Positions 12,927 through 25,592 are shown, counted from the first letter of the whole stretch. The stretch: 63,928 nucleotides of DNA, filler included, from Saprolegnia diclina VS20 (GCF_000281045.1; 3 parts of 2 records of this genome joined end to end with filler, not necessarily neighbours in it), one strand, 5' to 3'. Made by a program: numbers and translations. The notes: generated from the letters alone by a model not told the origin.

Positions 12927-13792
12927 TTACGCCGACGTGAACGGTGCGTGGTCGGCAAAGCACGTGGGAAAGACGGCTTGGACGCGCGCTTTGGCCTCGG
13001 TGGGTGGCAGCATTGACTAACCAAGTCACATATTGATCTTGGCATGAGTGAGATCGAGCCTCCTACCGACGTCGCTTGGGTCGCGTTGTCCTTGACGCAC
13101 TTGTGCGTCCACCACTCGCAGGCACGCGCCCCGAGCGCCGCCGAACTCGTTTTGCAAAAGTGGTCGGCCTTTTGATAGCACTCGGACTCGCGCGCCGACC
13201 GCACTTCACTAGACGTACGCGCAAAAGTTCAGCGGTCAACGACGATCGAAGCGACGACGACCTGCACGCGAGGACGTCGGGTTTGGTGAGATCCATGCCG
13301 CGCACCGTGTACTAATGCCAGCGATTCAGTCCAAGGCAACGACGACGTAGCGTACGTCGTAAGCGTGGATGAGCTCGTGCACGATGACCTCTGACACGTC
13401 GTTCTGCGTCCGAAGGCGGTTGGCGCAGAGCACGATAGCCTAGGAATAAGAGTTGAGCAAACACGTTGCATCGTTGCTGCGTACGGGCGGCGCGGCAAAG
13501 AACGCGCGGGCCTTGCCTTCGACGCCTAATGCGTCAGTATACATGATGCTGCGTAGCTGCATGCGTGAAATACGCATACCTTCTTGCTTGCAGTCGACGC
13601 AGAGAAACTGAAGCTTCTTGGGCTGGCCATTCGTCGCGTTAGCCGTCTCGAGGTGCTACCGCGGGCATATGAGCGTATGGGAATGCGTCGATGGTAGCGC
13701 AGTCGTACAGCGTTGATCTCGGTCACGAGCTGCTTTGGGCGAGGCTCCTTGAGCGCTTCCTGGAGGGCGTCGTAGCAGCCCGGGATGTCCAT
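12927..13792 (-). CDS. ATP23: Mitochondrial inner membrane protease ATP23 (peptidase M76), multi-exon
   Basis: Exons read IVLCANRLRTQNDVSEVIVHELIHAYD (HExxH), then LAC/SEVRSARESEC, KCVKDNATQA and VQAVFPTCFADHAPF. The ORF track misses it because of introns. Confidence 0.88.
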
Positions 13793-13886
13793 CTTGGCCA
13801 GTGTTGGCACGTTATCCGGAATCACCGGATATATCCGATAAAGTACTAATACACTAATTGCGTACAGAGTGGTCGGATCGCACACG

Positions 13887-14684
13887 ATGAAAAAGCGAAG
13901 CCGGCTGGCGCTGCCGCCGCAGAGTCCCGATGGTCCGCGCCAGACGCCGGTAGAGGTCATTGTCCTTGACGACGAGGTGCCCAAGCAGGAGACAAGCAAG
14001 CATGTAGACAAGGTCATGGCAAGCCCACCGAACGACGATGCGAGCCTCGGTCTCGAGCTGCGTCTGTACCAGGAAGGTCTCGACGGCGACTGGCTCCAGC
14101 TCGCTTGGATGCGCACGCGCGCCGAAGTCCCTTCGTCTGAAGCTGTGCCGATGGAGATGGTGCTACCGAGTGTCACGTGCAACCTGCACGACGTTCTACC
14201 GTCGACGAAATCATCGCCGCGCCCCATTTCGTCATCAACCGTCAAAATCGCCGCCGACGTCCCACTTGCCCAGCGCTCCAAAGCCGAATGCATGGCGAAG
14301 ATTCAAGCGTGGCTACGACACGGCGACGGCGACGTAGCTTGGTCCACGTGCGACGCGCTGCTAACCGACTGCGACTGGGCAACCGTGTTGGCGCCGCCGC
14401 CATCGCCATTGACGCTCTGTGCCATGCTCCGCGCATCCTCGAGTCCGTCGCTCTTCCGACACGTGTGGCTGCAAGAGACGCTGCTTCGATCGACGCTCTT
14501 GCACGCTGGCGCATTGCGCGACGTGGCGTTGCTGACCCGCCTTGTTGACTGCGACCACGTGCGGAGCATGGCGCCGCGGGCCTTTCGCTCGACTTTGCGG
14601 CAGTTGGACTTGCGCAAAGACGGCGAAGACGTGGGAATCTACCTCGAATCCGAACTGGTTCGCGTCTACCACACGTTGCGGTGA
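13887..14684 (+). CDS. Hypothetical protein (~265 aa)
   Basis: Single ORF with coding-like composition starting MKKRSR. It is divergent from ATP23, with ~95 bp between the two starts. Confidence 0.6.
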   Translation: MKKRSRLALPPQSPDGPRQTPVEVIVLDDEVPKQETSKHVDKVMASPPNDDASLGLELRLYQEGLDGDWLQLAWMRTRAEVPSSEAVPMEMVLPSVTCNLHDVLPSTKSSPRPISSSTVKIAADVPLAQRSKAECMAKIQAWLRHGDGDVAWSTCDALLTDCDWATVLAPPPSPLTLCAMLRASSSPSLFRHVWLQETLLRSTLLHAGALRDVALLTRLVDCDHVRSMAPRAFRSTLRQLDLRKDGEDVGIYLESELVRVYHTLR

Positions 14685-15533
14685 ATGGAAGGAGCGGTGA
14701 TATAGCTCGTTGTATGTGGGCTCTTGTCTTCTGCGTAGTAGTACTACACGTGTACTAGTACGTCCACAGTGCTGTGCAACGTAGCTCTGACGGGCTCCAG
14801 TTGGACTCTGGGTCCACGAGGACGTGGAGAAAGGCTGGCGACCACTGGAACATCCTCGGCGAAGGAACATATTTGCATTCCTATGCAACTGCTCCGTCAA
14901 CACCATGTGACAGCCGCGTCACGCGTACACCACGGATGTCCCAACTGCCTCGGCGCGGAGACGATGGCCGTTCTGTTGATGCAACACTGCACGGTTCTCG
15001 GAGCAAGCGCATGATGCGGGCGACACGCCGACAGTATATACCCGATCGACACCAGGAATTAGTGTCACATCGTCGGCACCACGACGATCCTCTGGCAACG
15101 CTGCAAAGGCCATCCCAACGACGACCAGTGTGCTGTTGTAGCACCCAGCGGGCAACGAGTCGCCACGACCGACCTTGCATCTTCGCATGGGCTGCATGAT
15201 AACGGCGGTGTGACGCGATCGCGACTTTGCTGTTGTCAGATTAGCGGCCACCCCTCGAGACGAGTAAGCTTCCCGAGAGCAACCACCCAGTGTAGTATTG
15301 CTCGGCAGCGTATTTCACAACACGGTCACGGCCAGTGGTCAAGCGGGTGGGTGGTACACGGCGAAACGCTGTTCACCAGAACCTTCGCGTCGGACACTGC
15401 AAAAGCGGTCGAAGCCACATACTGAAGCCATCGCTGATTCTACGAGAGCACTAGCGTCATCGATCCCACCCCGACGCTGTAGCTGGGATGGAAATAGTGT
15501 GTCCTCCGGATATGCATGTCCGCATACGAAGTA

Positions 15534-15590
15534 GCCAATCACACATCGGTGTGCATGGACCTTCTCGCGACAAAATTCATTTTGTGAAAC
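15534..15590 (+). promoter_or_regulatory. CCAAT box plus oomycete Inr-like element upstream of the M96-like gene
   Basis: AGCCAATC at ~15533-15540 and TCATTTT at 15577-15583 (Inr consensus YCAYTYY), within 70 bp of ATG 15600. Confidence 0.4.
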
Positions 15591-15599
15591 AACTCGGCG

Positions 15600-16898
15600 A
15601 TGGAGAACCCGAGCTTGCTCAGCGAGCTTTTGCCGATCGACGAGCTCCAGCTGGACCGCGACATTGCCTACTACTTGACGTCGGACGTGCGCATGAACGC
15701 GCAGCCGTTCGAGATGCACGCACCGCGCCCGATGGCCACGTCGCCGTCGTCGCAGAGCCCGAGCGAGTCGGAGCCCGGGAAGGAGGAGTCGATTAGCCAA
15801 AAGTACCGTCGTCGCCAAAAAGAGGAGCTCAAGCATTTGCAAGAGCAAGTTGCACAGCTCAGCGGGCATTTGTCCGTGCTGACCAACGTCAAGGCGCTCG
15901 AGGCCGAAGGCGGCTCCGAGTGGGAGCGAATGGCGCGCAACCAAAAGCTCAACTCGCAGCGCGCGCTCTCGGAAAACAGCCGGCTCAAGCGCGCGCTCGA
16001 GGAGCAGCTCAAGATTGCACAGGCCCTCGACCAGCTCCTCATCAAACGGCCACGCCTCGCGGTACGTCCTCCAAACCTTGCGACACTATAGATGAACGTC
16101 ATGACGTAGACGTTTCCGACCTTGGACCTCGACGACTGGAAGCTTCGGAAGCTCAGCGCCGACATGGACCGCCGAAGGAGCTCGTTTCACGCGCTTGTCG
16201 ACGATGCGCACGAGCAAGTTGACGCGATGCTGCTGCGCGCGGGTCTCATGGAAGCGTCCGAAGACACGCGGCATCTCAACGTGACGGTCAACGCCCGCGG
16301 TGACTCGATCGTGCTCGAGGCCCACAGTCTCCGGTACCGCGACTGCAATTTCATCTCGAACGGCATGAAGTGCTGGGCTGTCTTCAACCACCGCGAAGGC
16401 ATCGTGCTGCCCAACAACGCGACCCTCGAGGTATGTTGGCTTCTTATTCGTATTCTTATGGCATGCTAGGTGCTCGAGCAAATCGACGAAAACTCGGTTT
16501 ACGTTCGCATCACGTCGTATCTGGATAAGATGACGCCGTTCATCCAGACGCTCGGCGCGGTCAAGCGCTACATTGAGAACGACCGCATCGTCTTTGTGCT
16601 GCAGACAGTCTTGGACGACGAAGTGCACCCGCACCAGCTCGGCTTTTACATTGGCAACATGACGGCCACGTACTTGCAGACGAATTGACACTCGGAGTCT
16701 TATCGTTTTCGTATTAGGGTCGTCGTCGTACCCCAAGGCCCGTATCGATCCATGCGCCGCTTGTGTCTCTCGGGCCAGCTGCCGCTGGAGCCGCCCAAGC
16801 AAAACCCGCTGTGCGCGAGTCCACGAAGCCTCATTTGTGATGTGTTTTTGAATCACTTGCGGACGACGTTTGATGCGCTCGAGCACCTCATGGGCTAG
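15600..16898 (+). CDS. M96 mating-specific-like protein (bZIP-like N-terminus, START-like C-terminus), 4 exons
   Basis: KYRRRQKEELKHLQEQVAQL...WERMARNQ...ALSENSRLKRALEEQLKIAQAL is the hallmark of this oomycete family. Introns start near 16062, 16431 and 16670. Confidence 0.75.
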
Positions 16899-17304
16899 CT
16901 CTTCTACACTTATATAACACACACATCGTACTATTAAAGAAACTCGGTCGTCCAAGACGCATGCACATCGCAGTTAGCGATAAGTGGCGTGTACCCTACC
17001 CCTGATCGCGTCGGACACAGTCGACGGGTTCACGTTGACCAGGCATTTTGTAATCACCGGTTTAGAAACTGGAAGGCGGTCATAGTTGCCCGTGTCGCAA
17101 GGTTGTGGTGATGGCTGTGATGATGATGACTGCAGTGGGCCGACTTCATCATCAGCAACGTTACCGATAATCGGCCTCGTCTATGGTTCTTATGGTTGCG
17201 GTGCAGGGTTCGGCGAACCTGCACCAGCGGACACGACACACTTCTCTGTGCTTCTGCCACGTGAGCGAGCACAGCAATCCTTCATAGCACTGATGCGTCC
17301 AATA

Positions 17305-18782
17305 ATGCCGTGGACTGCAGCGATATGAGACGATTTGTATGAAGACAATTGCCCAACATTAACTACAATATACTGTATATGTACAAATATAGTAGCCACA
17401 GGCACGACGAGCTCGACCGTGTCGGTGCGTCGTGATGCGGCATCACCATCCACGGATGGGCGTCCGGACGAGATCGGTTGGCGACAAGGGTGGGTACGGC
17501 AACGCCGAATCGTCCTTGCACAAGGGACAAAGGCGCCACAGCGTGCCAGAGACGGCAGCAATGTCATCTCCTCNNNNNNNNNNNNNNNNNNNNNNNNNNN
17601 NNNNNNNNNNNNNNNNNNNNNNNNNNNNNNNNNNNNNNNNNNNNNNNNNNNNNNNNNNNNNNNNNNNNNNNNNNNNNNNNNNNNNNNNNNNNNNNNNNNN
17701 NNNNNNNNNNNNNNNNNNNNNNNNNNNNNNNNNNNNNNNNNNNNNNNNNNNNNNNNNNNNNNNNNNNNNNNNNNNNNNNNNNNNNNNNNNNNNNNNNNNN
17801 NNNNNNNNNNNNNNNNNNNNNNNNNNNNNNNNNNNNNNNNNNNNNNNNNNNNNNNNNNNNNNNNNNNNNNNNNNNNNNNNNNNNNNNNNNNNNNNNNNNN
17901 NNNNNNNNNNNNNNNNNNNNNNNNNNNNNNNNNNNNNNNNNNNNNNNNNNNNNNNNNNNNNNNNNNNNNNNNNNNNNNNNNNNNNNNNNNNNNNNNNNNN
18001 NNNNNNNNNNNNNNNNNNNNNNNNNNNNNNNNNNNNNNNNNNNNNNNNNNNNNNNNNNNNNNNNNNNNNNNNNNNNNNNNNNNNNNNNNNNNNNNNNNNN
18101 NNNNNNNNNNNNNNNNNNNNNNNNNNNNNNNNNNNNNNNNNNNNNNNNNNNNNNNNNNNNNNNNNNNNNNNNNNNNNNNNNNNNNNNNNNNNNNNNNNNN
18201 NNNNNNNNNNNNNNNNNNNNNNNNNNNNNNNNNNNNNNNNNNNNNNNNNNNNNNNNNNNNNNNNNNNNNNNNNNNNNNNNNNNNNNNNNNNNNNNNNNNN
18301 NNNNNNNNNNNNNNNNNNNNNNNNNNNNNNNNNNNNNNNNNNNNNNNNNNNNNNNNNNNNNNNNNNNNNNNNATGCCGTGGACTGCAGCGATATGAGACG
18401 ATTTGTATTAAGATTAAGACAATTGCCTAACATTAACTACAATATATTGTATTGTGATAATCAGCGTTTTTGGCGGATTTGAGCCTAATCTGAGCTGTTT
18501 ATTCGCCCATCCGGACGAATTATCAGGGCGGATAGACGAATTATTCGTCCGGCAGCATCCGGTAGAAAACAACGTCAACGAATTAGACCCCATTTCGGGG
18601 CGACAAAAATGCTGATTATCACAATACATGTACAAATATAGTAGCCACAGGCACGACGAGCTCGACCGTGTCGGTGCGTCGTGATGCGGCATCACCATCC
18701 ACGGATGCGCGTCCGGACGAGATCGGGTGGCGACAATGGTGGGTACGGCAACGCCGAATCTTCCTTGCACAAGGGACAAAGG
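17305..18782 (+). repeat. Direct duplication flanking a gap (17305-~17533 vs 18373-18782); two alleles or tandem copies
   Basis: Both copies begin ATGCCGTGGACTGCAGCGATATGAGACG and run to CCTTGCACAAGGGACAAAGG. They differ by a few SNPs and the MITE insertion. Confidence 0.9.
18452..18624. mobile_element. 173-bp MITE with TA target-site duplication (Tc1/mariner-type)
   Basis: TIRs TTGTGATAATCAGCGTTTTTG / CAAAAATGCTGATTATCACAA (21 bp, 1 mismatch). TA at 18450-51 and 18625-26. Empty site at 17376-77. Confidence 0.9.
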
Positions 18783-18826
18783 NNNNNNNNNNNNNNNNNN
18801 NNNNNNNNNNNNNNNNNNNNNNNNNN

Positions 18827-18838
18827 TTAATTAATTAA
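18827..18838. other. Artificial six-frame-stop spacer TTAATTAATTAA inside a 100-bp N gap (also 40054-40065)
   Basis: An identical 12-mer sits centred in two gaps of exactly 100 bp. Confidence 0.9.
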
Positions 18839-18882
18839 NNNNNNNNNNNNNNNNNNNNNNNNNNNNNNNNNNNNNNNNNNNN

Positions 18883-20013
18883 TTGGTCACGCTCAGTTTG
18901 CGCTGGTCCGAATTCTACGTTGCGGATGTGCTGGATCTGTTGGCGAGTTTTGCCGGCCTTGACGACGACCCGCTGTGTCCGCCACTGCGCCAGCCGCATG
19001 CAGCCGAGCTTCTCACGCAGTGCGCGGCGACGATTTTCAGCTTCCCGACCGTCGCGGCGGCAACGACCAGTCGACGCGCGATTGTCAAGCACTGTGTTCT
19101 TCTCGACGCCTACCTCACAAGGACGGCCACCAACGACTTGCGCATCTCGGGCGTCGATGGCTTACCGCCTCTGCAACGCGTGCTCGTGGACCACTGGGCA
19201 TTCGATGTCTGCTCGGACATTGCCCTCGGCGTTGCGGCTGCCGTGAACGTGGATCCGTCTCTCGTGCGTAGCCCCTTGGTTGACGCTGTCCTTGAGGCCT
19301 TCCGTGGACGCTTCGACCGGAAGCAAATCGACGACCTTCAACAGTCGGGTGCCGAGACGGCGGAGAGCATTCTCGTGCTCGCGCTGCATGCAAAGCGACT
19401 CGATGACAACATCTTCAAGAACGTCACCACCGTCTGGGGCCTCGCTGTGCCCTAAGTTGCTCGCTCGATTGCGCTTGAGTACAAGCACCTCGTTTCAGCA
19501 AGCTTTGCGTCGCGGGTCATGACGTTTATCTGACAGCTGTCGACGATCTGGCGCGAAAGCCGACGATCGTTCATCGACGAGCAAGCTACAAAGGCCAGGC
19601 GCTCAAGCTCACGCAGGACGCGCTCATGTGCGACGCGATCGAACTCGTGCGCTGTTTTGCCCCCGACCAGCTACCATCGTTTGTCGACAAATGGCTGCAA
19701 CTTTTGCCCGAGACGCTGGAAGTGACACACGACGTGCTTTGCCAGTGGCGAGACGCGTACGGTATGACGCACCGCTGTGTCACAAGCTACTGGACGCGGC
19801 GGCGGCGCGACCCCACGACGTCGATGCTACGCTATACGAAAGTGATCCCGAATGCGATTTTCGGTGTACGCAGCGCCGCGCTGTGTCGTCTGCGGAGAAG
19901 ATGCGGATGGCCAAACAGAATCTTGTGGCAACCATCACGGCAACCATTGCGTCGTTGGCGTCACTATGAACCGCCACAGACACGCGCACGCTCACCTTAA
20001 AACGTCGAGAGTG
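18883..20013 (+). pseudogene. 3' half of a 2OG-oxygenase-derived family member, disrupted
   Basis: Homologous to the 3' half of 23032-25592 (LAGLDDDPLCPPLRQ, DAIELVRCFAPDQLPSFVDKWL). It has a stop at 19455 and further frameshifts. Confidence 0.75.
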
Positions 20014-20343
20014 AGAGGGCTTTAGACGAGATTCTTAATCAATACTAAACTACATTGGCAACACATGTTCGGCGGGATATCATTTGGTCCAAGCTCACCT
20101 TCTTTGGGGAGGTTGAAAGAGCGTTGGATGGCCCAGAAGTGGCATTCTGGCGGAGGCACGGTCCATGAAAGCACCACAAACTGGCCGGGTATGGGTCCAC
20201 TCGAGCTTTCTTACGGCATGGGGTGGTTGCACTTGAAATGGCGTTCGTCGCCCAGTTGACGTGGACGCGCCTCCGACGAAATACCGAGCGCTATAAAATG
20301 CTCTTTATTCAATATATATAAAGTGACCATGATTGGCCGACTC

Positions 20344-21949
20344 GCCACACTTCGATATTCTCGCATGGCCTGCCCATTTGAAGCCGCGATCGCGCAGGTC
20401 CGACAGTTCGGGGCGTTCGCCTCCGCGGGCGCGCTGCCGCCGTTGCCATCGCTCCTCTTGGTACTGGATGGCGTGGACGACCCGCTCGAATGGCCGCTCT
20501 GCGCCGCCCAAGCCGCGCAGATAGACGCACGCTATCCGTCCTGCATCGTCCCCGCCACCAACATGAGGTTCGTTGGCGAAGAGGGCTACGCCGCAATGCT
20601 CGCCGAGCTGCACAAGCACGTTCTCAAGCGCATGGGGCCGACGGGTGCGATGCAGCTCCAGCTCTCGCACTTGGCGATCGACAACGTTGGCGACGCGGCG
20701 ACGTTGCAGCTGCGTCCGACGAGTGGCGACGCCATGGACAACACGCTCACGTTTGGCTCGGTGGTCGTGTTCCTTCCGTCCATTCGCGAAGGCGGCGCCA
20801 TCACGTTCGCGTATGGCAGCGAGACAGAGACCGTTGACGTTGATACGTCGCCGGTCGTGACGACCTTTGCGTCGGCTTTTCTCAGCACGTCGATCACGTC
20901 GGCGCCGATTGTATCGGGTCGCCGCGTCGCGTTGGTCTTCCGCTTGGTCTACGACGAGAAGCACGAGGATATGCGACTGGCGCCGCCCAACCAAAAACCG
21001 GCCATTGCAGCGTTCACGGCGCTCGCCCACTCACCCTTGGATCGGGTCCAGCGCATTGGTCTGCCCGTTGCGCTTGCGGACAAAGGCGGTGGTTTGACGT
21101 TTGATGGTCTGGACCGCGTCGACACGGGCCTCGTCCACTTCTTCTTGTCGATGAAGAGCTTTGACGTCGCTCTGGCTTATTGCTGCGCGGACTCGGAAGA
21201 GTCGGAGAACCGAATCAGTCAGGTAGTGCTGCATCCGGCGTGCGGCGCGCCGCCCGAGCTGCAAGACGCGTGCGACTACAAGTACTTGGATCTCATGTTA
21301 CACGGACGCGACCATGGCATGCGGTACGAGTATGTGCTGGCTTTTTGGCCGACGCACCACCGCGTGGTCATCGCCGACCGGGCCGACGCGCTGACGTACT
21401 TGGCCGCGACGCTGCTCGGCGATACACCATGGGCCGAGCTGGTCGGCGATGCGCCTCGGGCGACGAGCGTCTTTGGGTTCACAGACACGAACGCCGTCTT
21501 GCGAGCCACCATGTCGACGTTCCGCGCCGAACGCGCGCGCGAGCAGACTCTCTGCGGGCGCCGCTGGTTTCTTGAGCACCGTGCGACGCTCAGTGAGCGA
21601 CCGCTGACGACCCTCTCCCGGCTCTTGACGCACCAAAACGATCTCGACTTGACGCTCCTGTTCATCGCCGACATTGTCTCGATCCAGCGCAACGTCTGCA
21701 TGTCGGAGCTCGCGCTGTGGCTGCATGGCCTCTTCATAGCGCATGGATGGGGCCCATTCCAACCGGCCTTCCTACAGCTTGTTGCGCGCTGGTGCGCCAA
21801 CGACATGGCCGATCTGCTGCACTTTCTGGCGAGCTTGGCCGGCCTCGACGATGCCCCGCTGTGTCCACCACTGCGCCAAAAGCACAGCGCCGAGCTCCTC
21901 AAGCGCTGCTGGGCGAGTCTCCAACTCAGATTCCGGTATCGCGAGGTCC
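20344..21949 (+). CDS. 2OG-Fe(II) oxygenase-derived protein, copy A (3' end lost in gap)
   Basis: GAFASAGALPPLP..LEWPLCAAQA; TFGSVVVFLPSIREGGAITF; APIVSGRRVALVFRL; LAGLDDAPLC. Confidence 0.75.
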
Positions 21950-23031
21950 NNNNNNNNNNNNNNNNNNNNNNNNNNNNNNNNNNNNNNNNNNNNNNNNNNN
22001 NNNNNNNNNNNNNNNNNNNNNNNNNNNNNNNNNNNNNNNNNNNNNNNNNNNNNNNNNNNNNNNNNNNNNNNNNNNNNNNNNNNNNNNNNNNNNNNNNNNN
22101 NNNNNNNNNNNNNNNNNNNNNNNNNNNNNNNNNNNNNNNNNNNNNNNNNNNNNNNNNNNNNNNNNNNNNNNNNNNNNNNNNNNNNNNNNNNNNNNNNNNN
22201 NNNNNNNNNNNNNNNNNNNNNNNNNNNNNNNNNNNNNNNNNNNNNNNNNNNNNNNNNNNNNNNNNNNNNNNNNNNNNNNNNNNNNNNNNNNNNNNNNNNN
22301 NNNNNNNNNNNNNNNNNNNNNNNNNNNNNNNNNNNNNNNNNTTAACCAATCGTATGGCGCCGACCAGCTGGTCACAACTCAAACTTCCGCCGCGTCCCCC
22401 GCCTACTCGCGCGCTTCGTGATCACATTGAAAATGCAAGACGAAATGCTTGCGCACTCGTTCGACCTTCGGCGACGGATACACAGCAGTGATTGTGACTA
22501 CGATTACGGCAACGAAGCTGCCGATTACACTTCCAAAGCCTGTGAGCAATCACCCGCCACAGTTTGCGAATGCCGTGCAACGGGTGGCCACGACCAAGGA
22601 CAAAGGCGACAGAGTGCGGTTTGACCACGTGTCGAGACGGTGCTATTGCGATTTAATGTGTCAAGCTATGTGTTTGGGCCACGAAGCTCAAGCACGTGCG
22701 ACGCGCTCATCCGCCTCGTCCCATTGATCAAAGGCACAAGGATCGACGATGACATTGCCAAGCTCATTCTCGAGTGACACGTCGAGCTTCAAGCCCTAGC
22801 TATTATGTACTCAGAGGTCATTTAGCTAAGGAATTCATCCCTTGATAGAGCTCCCAAACGAATGTCGCTTGGGCGCCCAACACGACTCTCGTTCGTCGCG
22901 TCCCGCACTTGCACTTGCGCGCCAGGCTTTGTTGCCTTGTTAAAAAGCGCTTCGTATCTGCTCTTTATTATATATATTAAATAACATGGTGACGATGGGC
23001 AAGCCATCATAACGTTGGTTGAACTTTCTGC

Positions 23032-25592
23032 ATGACGAGCCGGTACGAAGCCGCGATGGCGCTGGTCCAGGAGCCCGGCGATTTCGCCTTCACGGGCACG
23101 CTGCCGCCGTCGACGCCGTTCCTCATCTACGTCCATGGCATGGACGAGCCGCTCGCATGGCCGCTCTGCGCCGCGCAAGCGACGCAGTGGAGGTGCTCTA
23201 CCCGTCAGGCATCGTCGCCGCAACCAACCTCCGGCTCGTGTACGACGATAGCTACCACGCGATGCTCCGTACAATTCGCAAAGACATTGCAGAGCGCTTG
23301 GCGCCGACGGGCGAGATCCAGCTCGTGCTCTCGCACGCTGCCGTCGACAGCGTTGGCGACGCCGCCGCCTTGCAGGTGCTTCCAGCACAGGGCCACACGT
23401 TTGGCTCGCTCGTCGTCCTCGTCCCGTCCATGTGCACTGGCGGCGCCATTACGTTTACGTACGGCACCGGGACTACGACCTTGGACGCCGAGACGTCGCG
23501 CGGCACCACGGCTTATGCGTCGGCTTTTCTCAGCACGTCGATCTCGTCGGCGCCGATCACGGCTGGTCGCCGCGTCGCGCTGATCTTTCGCTTGGTCTAC
23601 GACGAGGCGCACGAGGATATGCGACTGGCGCCGCCGAACCAAGAACCGGCCATTGCAGCGTTAACGGCACTTGCGGCCTCGCCGTTGGACCGGGTCCAGC
23701 GCATTGGTCTGCCTGTCATCGCGCGGCAAGATGACTCGTGTGGATTTCCGCTGTTTGAGCACCTCGAGCGTATCGACAAGGGGCTCGTCACCGTTCTTCT
23801 GGCTACCAAGTGCTATGACGTCGCGCTAGCTTCGTACGATGCTTATGATGAAAGCATGCGCGATCTGCAGCTACACCCTGCGTGCGGTGCGCCAAAGGAG
23901 CTGGGTCAAGCGTACATGCGTCGTACACTGGATGTCTCCTTGCCGCAGCGCGGGAGAGGTGCGCGGCACGCACTCGTCTTTTGGCCCACCCACCGCCGCA
24001 TTGCAATGGTCGACCGCGAGAAGGCACTCGCATCCTTGGCCAAGGTGCTCGTTCTCGAGCCGCCAAGCACGTACAGCGACAACAACGACATCGCAGACAG
24101 TGACGACAGCGACAACCAAGCAGCAGCGCCTCGGCCCACGAGCTTTCTTGGTATTACCGACGTTGACGTCATCTTGCAAGTCGCAATGACAACGTTTTGC
24201 GCGTACCGGGCGTGCGAGGAGACGGAGCTCAGGCAATGGCGAAGCCAACCCGCGGAGACGCCGCTGTCGACCATGTCCCGGCTCTTGGCGCAGCGATATG
24301 ACTTGGAGCTCACGTTTCGCTTTGTTGCCGACTGCGTCTGTACCCAGGACTACGTGTCCTTGTTGGAAGTGGCGCAGTGGCTGCACGGGCTATTGACGAC
24401 ACATGGATGCGCGCCGTTCGTACCTGCTTTGGTCACGCTCAGTTTGCGCTGGTCCGAATTCTACGTTGCGGATGTGCTGGATCTTTTGGCGACTTTAGCC
24501 GGTCTTGACGACGACCCGCTGTGTCCACCACTGCGCCAAAAGCACAGCGCCGAGCTCCTCAAGCGCTGCTGGGCGAGTCTCCAACTCAGATTCCGGTATC
24601 GCGAGGTCCGTCGTGAGGCTGCGATTGTCAAGTACTGTCTCCTTCTCGAAGCATATGTCTCCCACACGGCGCCCGAGCGCGCGTACGCCAACTATTTGGG
24701 CGACCACCTCCCACCGGTGCTAGTTTCGGTCGTCGACGGCTTTGCCTTGCCGTCCCCACCCTCGATCGACCGGCTCTTCTCGCCGTTCAAGAACGCCAAC
24801 ATGGCCGTGGGACTCGCAGCCGCCATCAAATGCAACCCAGCGCTGGCGCGCACGCCGTGGATCACGCGTGTGCTCGATGGCTTCAACGCGCGATCGGACG
24901 CGTCACATCGCTTGGTCGAAGCGCACCTGGACGCCGCCGCCAGCTTTCTCTTTCTTGCACTGCATGAAGAGCCACGCGACGACACCATGTTTGACGCCTT
25001 GATCCAGGTCTATGGTGCCGGTCTCCTGCCGGGCGTGCGATGGATCGTCACCAAGCACAAGCATTTGCTTCCGATCGGCTTTGCGTCGCAGGTCGTGGCA
25101 TACGTCACTGCGGTGGTCCCGGCGCTCGTCAAGGTGCCGCTGGCACCGCGCCCGGAAAGGCAGCATTATCGTACACGAGACGACTTGTTCTCGAAGCCAA
25201 AGACGCCCAAGCAGCACATGCTTGTGCGCGATGCGATCGAGCTCCTCCGGTTGCTTGCCCCCGCGCAGCTGCCAGCGTTTGTCGAGGAGTGGCTGCACCG
25301 CCTGCCCAAGACGCTGCAAGTGACGGACGAGGTGCTCTTGCCAGTGGCCGCACTCGTCGTCGACGATGCGCCGCTGTGTCGCCAGCTACTGGACGCGGCG
25401 AGCCGGCATTCTGCCATCGCACTGTGCAAGAGCTACTCTAACGGGGATGCCGAAGACGACGAGTGGGACACCTCGTGCTATGAAAGGGCCATGGTGCCCC
25501 GCATCCCGGCCACGATCGCCGACCTGGAGATGCAAATGGCGACACAGCGCGACGCAAGCGCGTCAACACCAAAGCGTCAGCGTCGCGCATAA
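23032..25592 (+). CDS. 2OG-Fe(II) oxygenase-derived protein, copy B, with a 1-nt frameshift at ~23187
   Basis: ORF 23032 (MTSRYEAA...WPLCAAQATQ) continues in another frame as EVLYPSGIV..., colinear with copy A. It ends TPKRQRRA*. Confidence 0.75.

Noticed and set aside
17335..18482. ORFs spanning N-runs (also 21950-22491, 52740-53453, 60753-62223)
   Set aside because: Their length is an artefact of the gaps.
18827..18838. TTAATTAATTAA in gaps (also 40054-40065) as a piggyBac TTAA site or biological repeat
   Set aside because: It is centred in N gaps of exactly 100 bp and has stops in all six frames, so it is a scaffolding linker.
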